Notes: generated by a model from the letters alone, not told the origin. Shown: positions 36,268 through 47,684, counted from the first letter of the stretch. The stretch is DNA of 64,000 nucleotides from an uncultured Bacilli bacterium (GCA_934090735.1 CAKOJR010000005.1:4524-68523), one strand, 5' to 3'. Translations and numbers: made by a program.

Positions 36268-37042
36268 CTCTCTCTATAACCTCCTTGGCTAAATTAGTAT
36301 AAGCCTCAGCCGCTCTACTAGTTGGATCATATTCATTAATTGGTTCACCATGACTTGGAGCTTCAACTAATCTTATTAAACGTGGAATAATTGTATTAAA
36401 CACTTTATCTTTAAAAAACTTTCTAACTTCTTCAACTACTTCTAATCCTAAATTAGTTCTAGAATCTAATAATGTCAATAATACGCCTTCAATTTTTAAA
36501 TTAGGATTTAATCTAGTTTGTGTCATAATAATTGTGTTAAGTAGTTGGGTAATTCCCTCAAGTGCAAAGAACTCACACTGAACTGGAATAATAACTGAAT
36601 CACTAGCTACTAATGCATTTGTAGTAAGTAATCCTAGTGATGGTGGACAATCAATAATCATATAATCATAATTATCCATAATCGTTGCTAGTGCATTCCT
36701 TAACTGCTCATTCTTCTTAAACTCAACATTTTGATATCCTTTTTCCATAAGTTCAATATCAATACCTGCTAAATTAATTGTTGCTGGAATAATGGAAAGA
36801 TTAGTAAAGCCAGTCTTTCTAACTGCTTTCTTAGCCTCACAAGACCCATTTAATACATCATAAACACTATAATTTATATTACCCTTATTAACCCCTAATC
36901 CAGTTGTCGCATTACCCTGTGGATCAAGGTCAATAATAAGCGTTTTTTTCCCTAATTTACCTAAAGACGCAGCTAGATTTATACTAGTTGTTGTCTTACC
37001 AACACCACCTTTTTGATTTACTAAAGATATAATCTTTGTCAT
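36257..37042 (-). CDS. parA: chromosome partitioning ATPase ParA/Soj
   Basis: Deviant Walker A NQKGGVGKTTT, plus DLDPQGN and IIDCPPSLG. Confidence 0.9.
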   Translation of the reverse strand: MTKIISLVNQKGGVGKTTTSINLAASLGKLGKKTLIIDLDPQGNATTGLGVNKGNINYSVYDVLNGSCEAKKAVRKTGFTNLSIIPATINLAGIDIELMEKGYQNVEFKKNEQLRNALATIMDNYDYMIIDCPPSLGLLTTNALVASDSVIIPVQCEFFALEGITQLLNTIIMTQTRLNPNLKIEGVLLTLLDSRTNLGLEVVEEVRKFFKDKVFNTIIPRLIRLVEAPSHGEPINEYDPTSRAAEAYTNLAKEVIERDGN

Positions 37043-37210
37043 ATAATATCACTGCCTTCTTTACTTCTATAAAATATTTTATCATATATAATAATATTTG
37101 TCTAAATAAAAAATACTATTTTTCGTAACGAGATAACCTTTTCTTTCAAACATAAAAGTAGTGTTAATAAATAAACTAAAAAATTATTAAGCATTAACTA
37201 AAAAAAGATT

Positions 37211-39181
37211 CTATTTACTAGAATCTTCTGCTTTTTCTATAGCTTCTTTTAACTCTTCATCAGTCATCTTAGTATAACCTTTAACGCCAAGAACCTTAGC
37301 TCTTTCTTTTAAACTAACAGTATCTTCACTAGGTGTAAAGTTATCACTAATATGTCCAGTTTCAACAAGTTCTTCAATTTCTTCCTTAGTAATAGTTTCT
37401 CTTTCAATAAGAGTATCAGCAAGCAATCTAACTAATTTCTCATTCTCTTTTAAAATTCTAGTAGCTTCACTATAACATTGATTCATAATTTTTCTAACTT
37501 CTTGATCAATCTCAAGTGCTACAGCATCACTAAAGTTCTTACTCTTATTATAATCTCTACCTAAGAATACGCCCTCACTCTTTTGTTCTAACTGAACTGG
37601 TCCTAAATCACTCATACCATATTCAGTAACCATAGATCTAGCAATCTTAGTTGCTTTACTAAAGTCATCACTAGCACCTGTAGTAATCTCACCAAAGAAT
37701 AACTCTTCACTAACTCTACCACCAAGTAAACCAGTAATAGTTGAAAGAAGTTCACTCTTAGTCATAATAGCAATCTTCTCTTCCTTAGGAAGCATCATCG
37801 TATAACCACCAGCTACGCCTCTAGGAATAATTGTAATCTTATGTACTACTTCAGCATCCGGAACTTTCATACCAATAACAGCATGTCCACTTTCATGAAG
37901 TGCAATTAACTCTTTTTCTTTTGGAGTAATTGTATGGCTAACCTTAGCTGGTCCCATCAATACTCTATCAGTAGCTTCATCAATCTCAGCCATAGTAATA
38001 GCTGGTAAATTTCTTCTAACAGCAAGAAGTGCAGCTTCATTAAGTAAATTCTCTAAATCAGCTCCACTAAAACCTGGAGTACGCTTAGAAATATTCTCTA
38101 AATTAACACTCTTATCAAAAACTTTATTACGTGCATGTACTTCTAAAATAGCTTTTCTTTCCTTTTGATCTGGTAAACTAACTGTAACTTGTCTATCAAA
38201 TCTTCCTGGTCTAAGTAATGCTGGGTCAAGTACGTCCGGTCTATTTGTTGCAGCAATAATGATAATTCCTTCATTAGCTCCAAAACCATCCATTTCAGTT
38301 AATAACTGATTTAATGTTTGCTCTCTCTCATCATGTCCACCGCCTAAACCAGTACCTCTTTGACGTCCAACCGCATCAATCTCATCAATAAAGATTAAGC
38401 ATGGTGCAGATTGCTTAGCTTGTTTAAACATATCACGAACACGTGAAGCACCAACACCAACAAATAACTCTACAAAATCTGAACCACTTATATAATAAAA
38501 TGGTACATTTGCTTCACCAGCAACAGCCTTAGCAAGTAAAGTCTTACCAGTTCCTGGAGGCCCTACAAGTAATACACCTTTAGGAATTCTAGCACCAAGC
38601 TTTTGAAATTTCTTAGGATTCTTTAAGAAATCAATTAACTCAGCAACTTCTTCTTTTTCTTCAACAAGTCCAGCAACATCACTAAACTTAGCTTTAGCTT
38701 CTTCATTTAGTTTAGCACGGCTTCTTCCAAAATCCATACTATTTTTATTGCTTCCACTTATCTTAGAAAATAACCAAATAGTTGCACCAATTAACACAAC
38801 AGTTGGTACTACATTTATTAATACAGTAACAAAACCACTATTCTCCGGATTAGGACTAGTAATAACTTCAATTTCGTCTTCATCAACATACTTCATTACC
38901 TTATCAAGTACAGTTTCAGCAAGTGGAACATTTACTCTAAAGCTTTCAGTACTCTTATAATCCTTTAATTGTCCATTTATAACATAAACTCCAGATGCAT
39001 TCTTTGGTGTTATCTCTAATTTAGATACATCACCCTCAGATAGTTTTTTAATAAACTCATCATAAGAATAATCATAAACTTTATATTGTGATAAATTAAA
39101 AAAAACTAACACTCCAATAATAACAATTAATAAAATTGCATAAGGAACAGTTTGCTTTGTATAATTCTTTTTCTTCTTCAT
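37211..39181 (-). CDS. ftsH: ATP-dependent zinc metalloprotease FtsH
   Basis: [18 protein letters not shown], second region of homology, and the HESGHA zinc motif. N-terminal TMs. Confidence 0.95.
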   Translation of the reverse strand: MKKKKNYTKQTVPYAILLIVIIGVLVFFNLSQYKVYDYSYDEFIKKLSEGDVSKLEITPKNASGVYVINGQLKDYKSTESFRVNVPLAETVLDKVMKYVDEDEIEVITSPNPENSGFVTVLINVVPTVVLIGATIWLFSKISGSNKNSMDFGRSRAKLNEEAKAKFSDVAGLVEEKEEVAELIDFLKNPKKFQKLGARIPKGVLLVGPPGTGKTLLAKAVAGEANVPFYYISGSDFVELFVGVGASRVRDMFKQAKQSAPCLIFIDEIDAVGRQRGTGLGGGHDEREQTLNQLLTEMDGFGANEGIIIIAATNRPDVLDPALLRPGRFDRQVTVSLPDQKERKAILEVHARNKVFDKSVNLENISKRTPGFSGADLENLLNEAALLAVRRNLPAITMAEIDEATDRVLMGPAKVSHTITPKEKELIALHESGHAVIGMKVPDAEVVHKITIIPRGVAGGYTMMLPKEEKIAIMTKSELLSTITGLLGGRVSEELFFGEITTGASDDFSKATKIARSMVTEYGMSDLGPVQLEQKSEGVFLGRDYNKSKNFSDAVALEIDQEVRKIMNQCYSEATRILKENEKLVRLLADTLIERETITKEEIEELVETGHISDNFTPSEDTVSLKERAKVLGVKGYTKMTDEELKEAIEKAEDSSK

Positions 39182-39182
39182 A

Positions 39183-40496
39183 CTATTTCTCCTTCTTTAT
39201 ATACTTAAGTATTATATCATAACTTTCATCACTTTGTTTATCAAATTTACTTTTTTTTACGCCGGGAATCCACAAAATATTTCCATCATCATCACAAACC
39301 AAAGGATAACTATCACGTATCTTTAACGGAACCTTTTCATCAATAAAAATACTCTTAATCTTTTTAGTTCCATTCATATTTTTAACATCCATAAAATCCC
39401 CTGGTTTTCTTGTTCTTACATGAAGCGGAAGCTTAATCTCATCACTACATAATCTGATATAGTAATTACTCTTCCCATCATAAGACGATGCTTCCTCAAT
39501 TACACCTAAAGGAACCTCTATCCTTTTATTAAATATATAATCATAAGTAAGAACTAACTCATCTTCATTAAAAATAAGACTATTGTAATATTTATAAACT
39601 TTAATCCCATTAGGTAAACAAATATACCCATTAGGTTTTCCATCAATTAAATTAAAGATTAGATTTAAATGTTTATCGTTAATATAGGTAATATCATCAC
39701 GATACATCTCAGAAAGAATTGTGCACAAAGTATGCTTTTTAAGTAGAAGGGGTAGAGAATTAAACCCATCTAAATCTAATCTATTATTTGAATACAATCT
39801 ATCAAGTAAAGAAATAACTTCTTTCTCAACATAATCATTATATTCATCTATAGTATGACTGAACTTTATGAATTTTTCGTGAATTTTCGGATTAATTTCC
39901 TTTAAAACAGGCAAAACATCTAATCTTATCTTATTTCTAGTATGTACCCTTTCAAAATTAGTATAATCATTCGCATACTTTATCCCATATTTTTCATTAT
40001 ATTCTAAAATATCTTTCTTAGTAACAAAAATAAGTGGTCTAACAATTTTTTTACCTCTAAACTCGGATTCTTCACTAAAACCAGCATACCCACCAAAAGA
40101 TGCTCCTCTAGCAAGCCTCATCAAGACTGTTTCTACTAAATCATCGCCATGATGTGCTGTAAACAAATAATTTGCCTTATACTTAGTTAATATTTCATCA
40201 AAAAAATTATATCTTATTTCCCTAGCCTTAGACTCAAAATTACCATCAATTTCTTCTAAAATACTCATTCCCTCAAAAGGAATATTATTCTTCTTAGAAT
40301 ACTCTTCTAATAATTTATACTCTTCATCACTTTCACTTCTAACCTTATGATTAACATGAACTACAACTACCTTTAACTCACACTTACGCAAAAGATCAAG
40401 TAAACACATTGAATCAGGTCCATAAGAACAAGCAAGAACAACATATTCATCTTTAGAAATATTTAAATTATTTATAAAATTAATAACCTCTCTCAT
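39183..40496 (-). CDS. tilS: tRNA(Ile)-lysidine synthase
   Basis: PP-loop ACSYGPDS and a TilS substrate-binding C-terminal region. ATG at 40496 with a GGAGGG RBS. Conserved tilS-ftsH neighbourhood. Confidence 0.85.
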   Translation of the reverse strand: MREVINFINNLNISKDEYVVLACSYGPDSMCLLDLLRKCELKVVVVHVNHKVRSESDEEYKLLEEYSKKNNIPFEGMSILEEIDGNFESKAREIRYNFFDEILTKYKANYLFTAHHGDDLVETVLMRLARGASFGGYAGFSEESEFRGKKIVRPLIFVTKKDILEYNEKYGIKYANDYTNFERVHTRNKIRLDVLPVLKEINPKIHEKFIKFSHTIDEYNDYVEKEVISLLDRLYSNNRLDLDGFNSLPLLLKKHTLCTILSEMYRDDITYINDKHLNLIFNLIDGKPNGYICLPNGIKVYKYYNSLIFNEDELVLTYDYIFNKRIEVPLGVIEEASSYDGKSNYYIRLCSDEIKLPLHVRTRKPGDFMDVKNMNGTKKIKSIFIDEKVPLKIRDSYPLVCDDDGNILWIPGVKKSKFDKQSDESYDIILKYIKKEK

Positions 40497-40579
40497 AAAC
40501 CCTCCAATCACAAATAGTTTACCCTACAATTAACGAATAATCAACAAATTTTCAAAATTTGATAGTCCCTATAAAATGC

Positions 40580-40606
40580 AAAAACCTTGAGATAAACTCC
40601 CAAGGT
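40580..40606 (-). terminator. rho-independent terminator after rpsI
   Basis: Minus strand CCTTGGGAG-tttat-CTCAAGG (one bulge) followed by TTTTT. Confidence 0.6.
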
Positions 40607-40618
40607 ATAAGAAACAAA

Positions 40619-41035
40619 TTAACGTTTACTAAATTGTGGTGCTCTACGAGCCTTCTTAAGACCATATTTCTTACGTTCTTTAACTCTAGGATCACGAGTT
40701 AAGAAACCAGCTTCTCTAAGAACTTTCTTATAAGCGTCTTCTCTAGCTTGATCAGCCTCAGCATCAAACTCAACTAATGCTTTAGTAATAGCAAGCCTAA
40801 TAGCTCCAGCTTGTCCAGAGAATCCACCACCATTAACCTTAACATCAATATCAAAAGTATTTTCGTTATTAGTTAATACAAGTGGTTGTTTTAAATCCAT
40901 TACTAATGTAGGAAAAGGCATGTATTCATTTACATCTCTACCATTAACAGTAATCTTTCCCTTACCAGTAACTAGTTTAACTTGTGCAACTGAACGTTTT
41001 CTTCTTCCAGTAGCAGTAACTTCACTTTTCTTCAT
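40619..41035 (-). CDS. rpsI: 30S ribosomal protein S9
   Basis: GRRKRSVA..., [15 protein letters not shown] and C-terminal [15 protein letters not shown] at 41035 with an AGGAGAG RBS. Confidence 0.95.
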   Translation of the reverse strand: MKKSEVTATGRRKRSVAQVKLVTGKGKITVNGRDVNEYMPFPTLVMDLKQPLVLTNNENTFDIDVKVNGGGFSGQAGAIRLAITKALVEFDAEADQAREDAYKKVLREAGFLTRDPRVKERKKYGLKKARRAPQFSKR

Positions 41036-41045
41036 AATCTCTCTC

Positions 41046-41477
41046 CTAATCAATTGTTATTGTAGTTGGCTTTTGAGCCTCATGTTTATGTTCACTACCA
41101 GCATAAACGAATAGCTTACGATACATTTGTCTTCCTAAAGGTCCATTTGGAAGCATACCATTAACAGCTCTTTCAACCATTTCTACAGGATAACTTTCTA
41201 ACATAGTTTTAGCATTACGAGTTCTTAGTCCACCTGGGAATCCAGAATGATTATAGTACATCTTATCATTAATCTTATTACCAGTTAATTTAACCTTATC
41301 AGCATTAATAATAATTACATAATCTCCACAATCAATATGAGGTGTAAAAGTTGCTTTATGTTTTCCTCTTAAAATAGTAGCAGCTTTAGTAGCTACACGT
41401 CCTAGAGGTTTATCTGCAGCATCAATTACATACCACGTGCGTTCTACAGTTTCTTTTGTTTGCATAAATGTTTTCAT
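41046..41477 (-). CDS. rplM: 50S ribosomal protein L13
   Basis: [30 protein letters not shown], typical of L13. Start probably the ATG at 41477. Confidence 0.95.
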   Translation of the reverse strand: MKTFMQTKETVERTWYVIDAADKPLGRVATKAATILRGKHKATFTPHIDCGDYVIIINADKVKLTGNKINDKMYYNHSGFPGGLRTRNAKTMLESYPVEMVERAVNGMLPNGPLGRQMYRKLFVYAGSEHKHEAQKPTTITID

Positions 41478-41634
41478 AAAATAATTCCTTTCATCACTCA
41501 ATTATCATTTGACGTCCCAAATCAGCAAATAATTAAGCAAATCAAAATGTACCAATATGAATTATATGAAACCTTGCCCCTAAAGTCAATAAAAACTTAC
41601 TCAAAAACAAGAAAAAATGTGAATAACTATCAAA

Positions 41635-43302
41635 TTATCCACATATTTTACTAAATCTAGCCCTAACTTCAGCAACACCTAATATATTAATAATCTCATA
41701 TAAATCAGGTGTAGTAAGTTTAGTAGTTAGTGCTACTCTTATAACATTACTTATATCAGCAGTACTACCTCTATAATTATCTGGGTTTTCTTTATACTCT
41801 TTCATATTAGAACAATAACCCATTTTATCAGTTAACTCTTTAATCTTATTAAACCAAGTATCCTTATCATCATTAATATCAAAATACTCATTTAAATAAG
41901 TGGAAATAATTTTCTTCGCATCCTCTTCATACTTTAAGAAACAAAAATCAAATATAGCGCTATCAAATAATTCATTATACATATACCAAATATTATCTTT
42001 AACTTCACTAAAACAAGCAAAATCTTTTCTCGGTTTCTTCTGCTCCCTTTCAATATTTAGCACGTTAATTGTATAATCCTTATGTTTATTAATTAAAGCA
42101 TTAAAATCAGCATCATAAATCTTAGACCACCCATCTAATCCATCAAATACTTCACTAGCTTTTAACTTACTTAAATAATTCTTAGAAATATTATCAAGCT
42201 TATCTAAATCAAACAATGCTCCAGCAGAGCTCATCTTCTTAGGAGAAAACTCAAACTCAGTAAAATCAGCATCAGGATGTCCCTCTCTCCACTGTTCATA
42301 GTTAGAGTTTGCTATTGTCATGATTGCTTCAATCAATGAATAAACTGGATACCCCTTTTCCTCATAATAGGTCATTCTTGCTTCTGGATCTAATCTCTTA
42401 GATATCTTTCTAATCTTATCTCCATCTTTCTTTAATATTAAAGGAGTATGAATATACTTAGGCATCTTAAATCCGAATGTTTTAAATAACTCATAATGAA
42501 CCGGCACACTACTCATCCACTCTTGACCACGCACAACATGTGTTGTTCTCATTAAATGATCATCAACCAAATGAGCAAAATGATATGTTGGAAGTAAATT
42601 ACTAGACTTCATAATTGGAATATCTATATCATTTTCTGGAAACTCCATCTCACCAAATACTAAATCATTAAACTTAAACTTATTAAAGAAATTACCAGAG
42701 CTCTTTAATCTAACAGTATACTTCTCGCCACTCTTAATTCTTTCCATGGCTTCTAAAGGACTTAAATCACGGTACTTAGCATACTTACCATAAATACCAA
42801 TTCTCTTCTTACCAGATGTTTGAGTTGCTCTAATTTCATCCATCTCTTCCTGAGTTAAAAAACATGGATAAGCCTTACCTTGACTTACTAACTCTTTTAT
42901 AAAAGCATGATAAATCTCTTTTCTCTCTGACTGAATATAAGGTCCATAATTACCAGCAGTCTCTCCAGTATCACGGTACTCATATTCGTCTGGATTAATA
43001 TGATAATGCTCTAACACATGACGGATATACTCAACTGCTCCACTAAGCTCTCTAGATGAATCAGTGTCTTCATTTCTTAAAAAGAACACTCCACCACTTT
43101 GCTTAGCAAGTACATAATTAATAACAGAAGAATAGAAATTACCAATATGCATAAATCCCGTTGGACTAGGTGCATATCTTGTAACCTTAGCTCCCTCTTT
43201 TAAATCTCTCTCAGGATACTCTTTCTCATAATCAGCTACAGTTTTCTTTATATCCGGAAATATCAAATCCGCAAGTTTTTTATAATCATCCATAAAATTC
43301 AC
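41635..43302 (-). CDS. gltX: glutamate--tRNA ligase (long form)
   Basis: HIGH-type motif PSPTGFMHIGN, LRNEDTD and the KMSKS-type motif KISKR. The start is ambiguous (GTG at 43302 or ATG at 43293). Confidence 0.9.
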   Translation of the reverse strand: MNFMDDYKKLADLIFPDIKKTVADYEKEYPERDLKEGAKVTRYAPSPTGFMHIGNFYSSVINYVLAKQSGGVFFLRNEDTDSSRELSGAVEYIRHVLEHYHINPDEYEYRDTGETAGNYGPYIQSERKEIYHAFIKELVSQGKAYPCFLTQEEMDEIRATQTSGKKRIGIYGKYAKYRDLSPLEAMERIKSGEKYTVRLKSSGNFFNKFKFNDLVFGEMEFPENDIDIPIMKSSNLLPTYHFAHLVDDHLMRTTHVVRGQEWMSSVPVHYELFKTFGFKMPKYIHTPLILKKDGDKIRKISKRLDPEARMTYYEEKGYPVYSLIEAIMTIANSNYEQWREGHPDADFTEFEFSPKKMSSAGALFDLDKLDNISKNYLSKLKASEVFDGLDGWSKIYDADFNALINKHKDYTINVLNIEREQKKPRKDFACFSEVKDNIWYMYNELFDSAIFDFCFLKYEEDAKKIISTYLNEYFDINDDKDTWFNKIKELTDKMGYCSNMKEYKENPDNYRGSTADISNVIRVALTTKLTTPDLYEIINILGVAEVRARFSKICG

Positions 43303-43349
43303 TCGTCTTTCTTCCCTACAATTCTAACAAAATAATCAGTTAAAATCAA

Positions 43350-43883
43350 CTATGCATGATAATTATTACCAAGCCAAATTCTTGAAACCGCATCAATTAT
43401 AAATAATACAAAAATCACATAATACAAAAAATTAACTTTCTTATTTTTAACATTTGCTAATTTCAAACATAAAGGATAAACATAATAAATACTAAGAAGG
43501 GCTAAAATTCCAAATCGTAGTCCCGGAACAAGTGCTATTCTTCCTTCAAAATTCATAAACTTATCACTATAATCCCATAAACTTCTAAAATCAATAATAT
43601 AAGTCGCAATAAGCTCCACAAGCACACAAATAATCGTTGTCTCAAAAAATAGCACAAGTGGTCTAAGATTAACATTACCTATCATAATCTTCTTATCTTT
43701 ATACTTATAAAAAAGGAAAATTACAGCAAAACCACCAAATCCATATATTGGAAGCCATGGTCCCCATAAAGAACCCCTATTAACTAACACATGATCTTCT
43801 ACTATAAAAAGGAACTCCTCATATAGCCATCCACAAATCGCAAAAACGATAAATGTCAAAAAATACTTCTTTAAATTCTTCAC
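43350..43883 (-). CDS. membrane protein of the putative ABC-transporter type IV family (PF06541-like)
   Basis: CGWLYEEFLFIV...VNRGSLWGPWLPIYGFG pattern. Multi-TM. Confidence 0.55.
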   Translation of the reverse strand: MKNLKKYFLTFIVFAICGWLYEEFLFIVEDHVLVNRGSLWGPWLPIYGFGGFAVIFLFYKYKDKKIMIGNVNLRPLVLFFETTIICVLVELIATYIIDFRSLWDYSDKFMNFEGRIALVPGLRFGILALLSIYYVYPLCLKLANVKNKKVNFLYYVIFVLFIIDAVSRIWLGNNYHA

Positions 43884-43896
43884 TACTTACCACCTA

Positions 43897-44415
43897 TTAT
43901 TCTTCAGTATGCCCTTCTTTTCCATATTTATTAGATATTGGATCTTTAAATAAAAAGTTATGAACAGGCTCTAAAGTTCCAACCATATAAGTTCCAAATA
44001 CTATAAACAATATTATAACAGAAACATATTGATAAACAAAACTAAATGCCTCCATATTTACAATATAATTAAAAACATACTGTGAGCAGAAAATAGTAAT
44101 ATAAAAATAAATAATATCAAACCAAAGCACCGCCTTTTTAGTAATTGCTGTATAAGAATAAAATATTATAGGTATTAAAAACACAATAACTAGTAAACTA
44201 GCACTCTTTGCTATAAAATAATTAGGACTTGCCCCATACTTAAAACCATCTAACAAACTCCACAAAAAAGTTGGCGTTAAAGCAATCTTAATATGCTCCC
44301 AAGTGCTTTCATTAACTGCTGCAAATATAGCAACCACCTTATTATGACCACTCATCTCATATAAAAAATGTAAAAGTGTTCCAATAATCGAAATAACAAT
44401 AAAACCTATCCACAT
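43897..44415 (-). CDS. hypothetical integral membrane protein (DUF6512-like)
   Basis: 172 aa with about 5 TMs. Pattern GTLLHFLYEMSGHNK...AAVNESTWEHIKI. Confidence 0.45.
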   Translation of the reverse strand: MWIGFIVISIIGTLLHFLYEMSGHNKVVAIFAAVNESTWEHIKIALTPTFLWSLLDGFKYGASPNYFIAKSASLLVIVFLIPIIFYSYTAITKKAVLWFDIIYFYITIFCSQYVFNYIVNMEAFSFVYQYVSVIILFIVFGTYMVGTLEPVHNFLFKDPISNKYGKEGHTEE

Positions 44416-44417
44416 AA

Positions 44418-46451
44418 CTAACTATCCTTTTCTATTCCAATTTTATTTGTGATTCTTAAAGTATTTAATATAGCAAGAAGCGTTACTCCCGTATCAGCAA
44501 ATACTGCAAACCACATATTAGCAAGTCCAAACACCGAAAGAAGTAAAATAATAACTTTTACAGATATTGCAAATATCAAATCCTCTTTAATTATCCTTTT
44601 CGTATACTGAGAAATTCTAATTCCTAAAGGTATCTTATCTAAGTCATCATTCATAAGAACAATATCACTAGCTTCTATCGCAGACTCAGATCCAATACCA
44701 CCCATTGATACTCCAATATCAGCTCTCTTTAATACAGGAGCATCATTTATTCCATCACCTACAAAAGCAGTTATACCACTCTTATTAACATTATCAAACT
44801 CATTAAACTTATCAGTTGGAAGCATCTCATATCTAATCTCATCAATGCCTAATTTTTTCCCAGTAAGCACCGCAATGTCTTTTTTATCACCAGTAAACAT
44901 ATAAGTCTTAACGCCAAGAGCTTTAAGCTCACTTATAACATCACTAGCATTCTCTTTAATACCATCATTTAACATAATAGAAGCCTCATGCTTACCATCA
45001 ATAACTACATGAATATCAGCATTCTTCTTACACTCACATATCTTCTTATTACCAATAAGTACTTCTAAATCATCATAAACAAAACTAATACCCTTACCAT
45101 CAATCTCTTTAAACTTAGTAATCTTCTTACCACTACTTTCGCCTAGTGCCTTAAGCGAACTAGCAAGTGGATGATTACTCATTTCCTCTCCACTAACAAC
45201 AATATCAATAATTTCATCTTTACTATACTTACTATTCTTACTAATTTCTATATTATTAACCTTAAATTCCCCACTAGTAAGCGTTCCAGTTTTATCAAAA
45301 ACGATATTTTTTATATCAGATAAACCATCTAAATAATTACTACCCTTAATCAAAATACCATTCTTACTTGCTGCACCTATTCCTGTAAAATAAGATAAAG
45401 GGACTGATATCGCAATTGCACAAGGGCAAGAAATAACTAAAAATGTAAGCCCCCTATAAAAACTTTCTTTAGCAGATACTCCAAAAAGTGGAAGAATCAA
45501 AATTACTAAAATCGCTAATCCCAAAATTATTGGCGTATAGTATCTACTTAATTTACTAACAGTAGTTTCTAATTTGGTTTTCTTATCAGTCGCATTATCA
45601 AGTAACTCTAATATCTTCGCAACAGTTGAATCGGCATACTCTGCACTAGCTTTAACTCTAATAACATCACCTTTATTTATAGAGCCAGATAATACCTCAT
45701 CACCATCTTTAACAAAACGTAAAGCAGACTCTCCAGTAAGAGCAGATTCATCTAAATTAGTCTCTCCACTTATCACGATCCCATCAACTGGAATACGTTC
45801 CCCCTTCTTGATAACAAGATCATCTCCAGACTTAACAGCCTCAACACTTGTCTTAACGATTCTTCCATCACTAACCACATTAGCATAACCCTGTTTAATC
45901 TCCAAAATCCCCTTAATAGACTTTCTACTATTATTTAAAGCTTTCTCCTCTAAAACCTTACCAATAGTATATAACCCTATAACCATAGCTCCTTCCATAA
46001 CCTTATCAATACATAATGCACCAACACAAGATATAGTCAAAAGCATATTCTCATTAATAACATGGCTTTTAAATAAAAGCTTCATTGCCTTAACAAAAGT
46101 CTTATATAAAAGAAAACAGTAACTAATAATATATAGAATAATTCTTATGGTATCACCAACTGGCAAATACATTCCAATAAAAAGAATAACTAAACCAATG
46201 ATTAAAAAATAAATATTAGTTTCCTTCTTAACCTCTTCATCAGTACTAACACTCGCATCAGGTTCAATCGCCTTAACTAATTTATTAAGCTCACTTAAAC
46301 TAAAATCTTTATCAGACTCATAACTAATTTTACCCGAACTAAAATTAACTACAACATTCTTAAAATCTTTATTCTTATTTAAAGCAATTTCAACCTGTTT
46401 CGCACATCCAGCACAATCTAAATTATTTATATTATATTTATATTTTTTCAT
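44418..46451 (-). CDS. cadA: heavy-metal (Cd/Zn-type) translocating P1B-type ATPase
   Basis: N-terminal HMA domain with CAGCA, the membrane CPC motif (SCPCAIAIS), DKTGTLT and GDGINDAP. Confidence 0.9.
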   Translation of the reverse strand: MKKYKYNINNLDCAGCAKQVEIALNKNKDFKNVVVNFSSGKISYESDKDFSLSELNKLVKAIEPDASVSTDEEVKKETNIYFLIIGLVILFIGMYLPVGDTIRIILYIISYCFLLYKTFVKAMKLLFKSHVINENMLLTISCVGALCIDKVMEGAMVIGLYTIGKVLEEKALNNSRKSIKGILEIKQGYANVVSDGRIVKTSVEAVKSGDDLVIKKGERIPVDGIVISGETNLDESALTGESALRFVKDGDEVLSGSINKGDVIRVKASAEYADSTVAKILELLDNATDKKTKLETTVSKLSRYYTPIILGLAILVILILPLFGVSAKESFYRGLTFLVISCPCAIAISVPLSYFTGIGAASKNGILIKGSNYLDGLSDIKNIVFDKTGTLTSGEFKVNNIEISKNSKYSKDEIIDIVVSGEEMSNHPLASSLKALGESSGKKITKFKEIDGKGISFVYDDLEVLIGNKKICECKKNADIHVVIDGKHEASIMLNDGIKENASDVISELKALGVKTYMFTGDKKDIAVLTGKKLGIDEIRYEMLPTDKFNEFDNVNKSGITAFVGDGINDAPVLKRADIGVSMGGIGSESAIEASDIVLMNDDLDKIPLGIRISQYTKRIIKEDLIFAISVKVIILLLSVFGLANMWFAVFADTGVTLLAILNTLRITNKIGIEKDS

Positions 46452-46812
46452 CTAAAATCTCCTTTACATGAGATAACGCTACCTCATAAACCTCTTTAAC
46501 ATGTTCATCATCTAAAGAATAATAAACTTCTTTACCAACTCTCTTAAACTTTACAATTCTCTCTTCCCTCAAAACCGAAAGCTGATGAGAAACAGCCGAC
46601 TTCGTCATATTTAATACATTTGCAATATCACACACACACATCTCATTAGAATCTAAAGCAAAAAGAATTCTTGCCCTAGTATTATCCCCAATAACCTTAA
46701 AAAAATTAGCTATTTTATTTATCACAACATTATTAGGCATTACTTTTAAAGTATTATTAACAACCGCGTCATGAATAATATTACAATCACATTCTAAACA
46801 TTTACAATCCAT
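46438..46812 (-). CDS. cadC: ArsR/SmtB-family metal-sensing repressor (CadC-like)
   Basis: EMCVCDIANVLNMTKSAVSHQLSVLRE and an N-terminal Cys cluster. ATG at 46812 with a GGAGG RBS. Overlaps the cadA start. Confidence 0.8.
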   Translation of the reverse strand: MDCKCLECDCNIIHDAVVNNTLKVMPNNVVINKIANFFKVIGDNTRARILFALDSNEMCVCDIANVLNMTKSAVSHQLSVLREERIVKFKRVGKEVYYSLDDEHVKEVYEVALSHVKEILDEKI

Positions 46813-46866
46813 ATTGCCTCCACTATTATTATAGTTGAATATCTGTTCAACTGTCAAGCGAAAAAA

Positions 46867-47268
46867 TTAAATATTTTTAACTAGTGTTAAATTCCCATCA
46901 TATTTAATTTTAATTAAATCATCATAAACCTCAAAATTTACATTAATTTTACCATCTTTAATATCATTTATCTTAATTTTAATCTCACATTCAATCTCAG
47001 AGTCTAAAAACTTCACTGTATCAAACACCTCAAAAAAAATAAAAGGATATGTATCAAAATTAAGCCCAGAGTAATGTCTATTAAGAAATAAATTAATATC
47101 CTTATCCTTTTCAAAGCCAGTATCTAAATTAATGTACCCTTTTTTCTCTCCATCTATAAAACGCAATTCAAATCTTATATTATACCCATTTACCTTGTTA
47201 TAGCTGATATCACCTAAAAAAGCCGTTTCTTCAGTTACTTCAAATTCTTTTCCATCAATTAAAAGCAT
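46867..47268 (-). CDS. hypothetical protein
   Basis: 133-aa ORF with no recognisable domain. Confidence 0.4.
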   Translation of the reverse strand: MLLIDGKEFEVTEETAFLGDISYNKVNGYNIRFELRFIDGEKKGYINLDTGFEKDKDINLFLNRHYSGLNFDTYPFIFFEVFDTVKFLDSEIECEIKIKINDIKDGKINVNFEVYDDLIKIKYDGNLTLVKNI

Positions 47269-47306
47269 TTAATCGCTTCGTTTTACAAAATCAACATATT
47301 TTTCTT

Positions 47307-47477
47307 TCATCGAAATCCTATTAACCTTATACCATACATCTCTAATTCCTTTTTATATTTCAAAAAAGAATGATCAATTTCAGACCCTAAATTACTCTTA
47401 ATTTCTTCAAAACTTAATCTACAATTATCTTTATTAAATCCCACAATATAATCCCATAATTTACTATATTTACTCAT
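47307..47477 (-). CDS. small ORF (56 aa), possibly truncated by a frameshift
   Basis: Manual translation gives MSKYSKLWDYIVGFNKDNCRLSFEEIKSNLGSEIDHSFLKYKKELEMYGIRLIGFR*. A different frame continues as ISMKEKYVDFVKRSD* and ends at 47269. Below the ORF track size cutoff. Confidence 0.3.
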   Translation of the reverse strand: MSKYSKLWDYIVGFNKDNCRLSFEEIKSNLGSEIDHSFLKYKKELEMYGIRLIGFR

Positions 47478-47512
47478 TAAATCACCTACATATATCTTAT
47501 CATTTAAACATT

Positions 47513-47536
47513 AAAAAAACGAGATTAAACTCGTTT
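47513..47536 (-). terminator. rho-independent terminator after tRNA-Glu
   Basis: Minus strand AAACGAG-tttaat-CTCGTTT followed by a T-run. Confidence 0.6.
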
Positions 47537-47546
47537 AATTATCAAC

Positions 47547-47622
47547 TGGTGACCTATATGGGATTCGAACCCATGAATGTTGCCTTGAGAGGGCAATGTG
47601 TTAACCATTTCACCAATAGGCC
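47547..47622 (-). tRNA. tRNA-Glu (anticodon CUC), CCA-encoded
   Basis: Minus strand GGCCTATTGGTGAAATGGTTAACACATTGCCCTCTCAAGGCAACATTCATGGGTTCGAATCCCATATAGGTCACCA. Folds as a cloverleaf: acceptor GGCCTAT/ATAGGTC, anticodon stem TTGCC/GGCAA with loop CTCTCAA, and T-arm ATGGG-TTCGAAT-CCCAT. Closely resembles Bacillus tRNA-Glu. Confidence 0.85.
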
Positions 47623-47684
47623 TTGCAACAAACATTATACACAAAAAATAATGTTTATGCAATAACTATAATAAAAATTACTTC

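Noticed and set aside
35380-37042. I considered parA-parB as evidence that the window is a plasmid or contains oriC.
   Set aside because: - The neighbourhood (ftsH, tilS, rpsI-rplM, gltX, DUF951) is typical chromosomal, origin-proximal Firmicutes synteny.
- No dnaA gene or obvious cluster of DnaA boxes was seen in the window, so no origin call is made.
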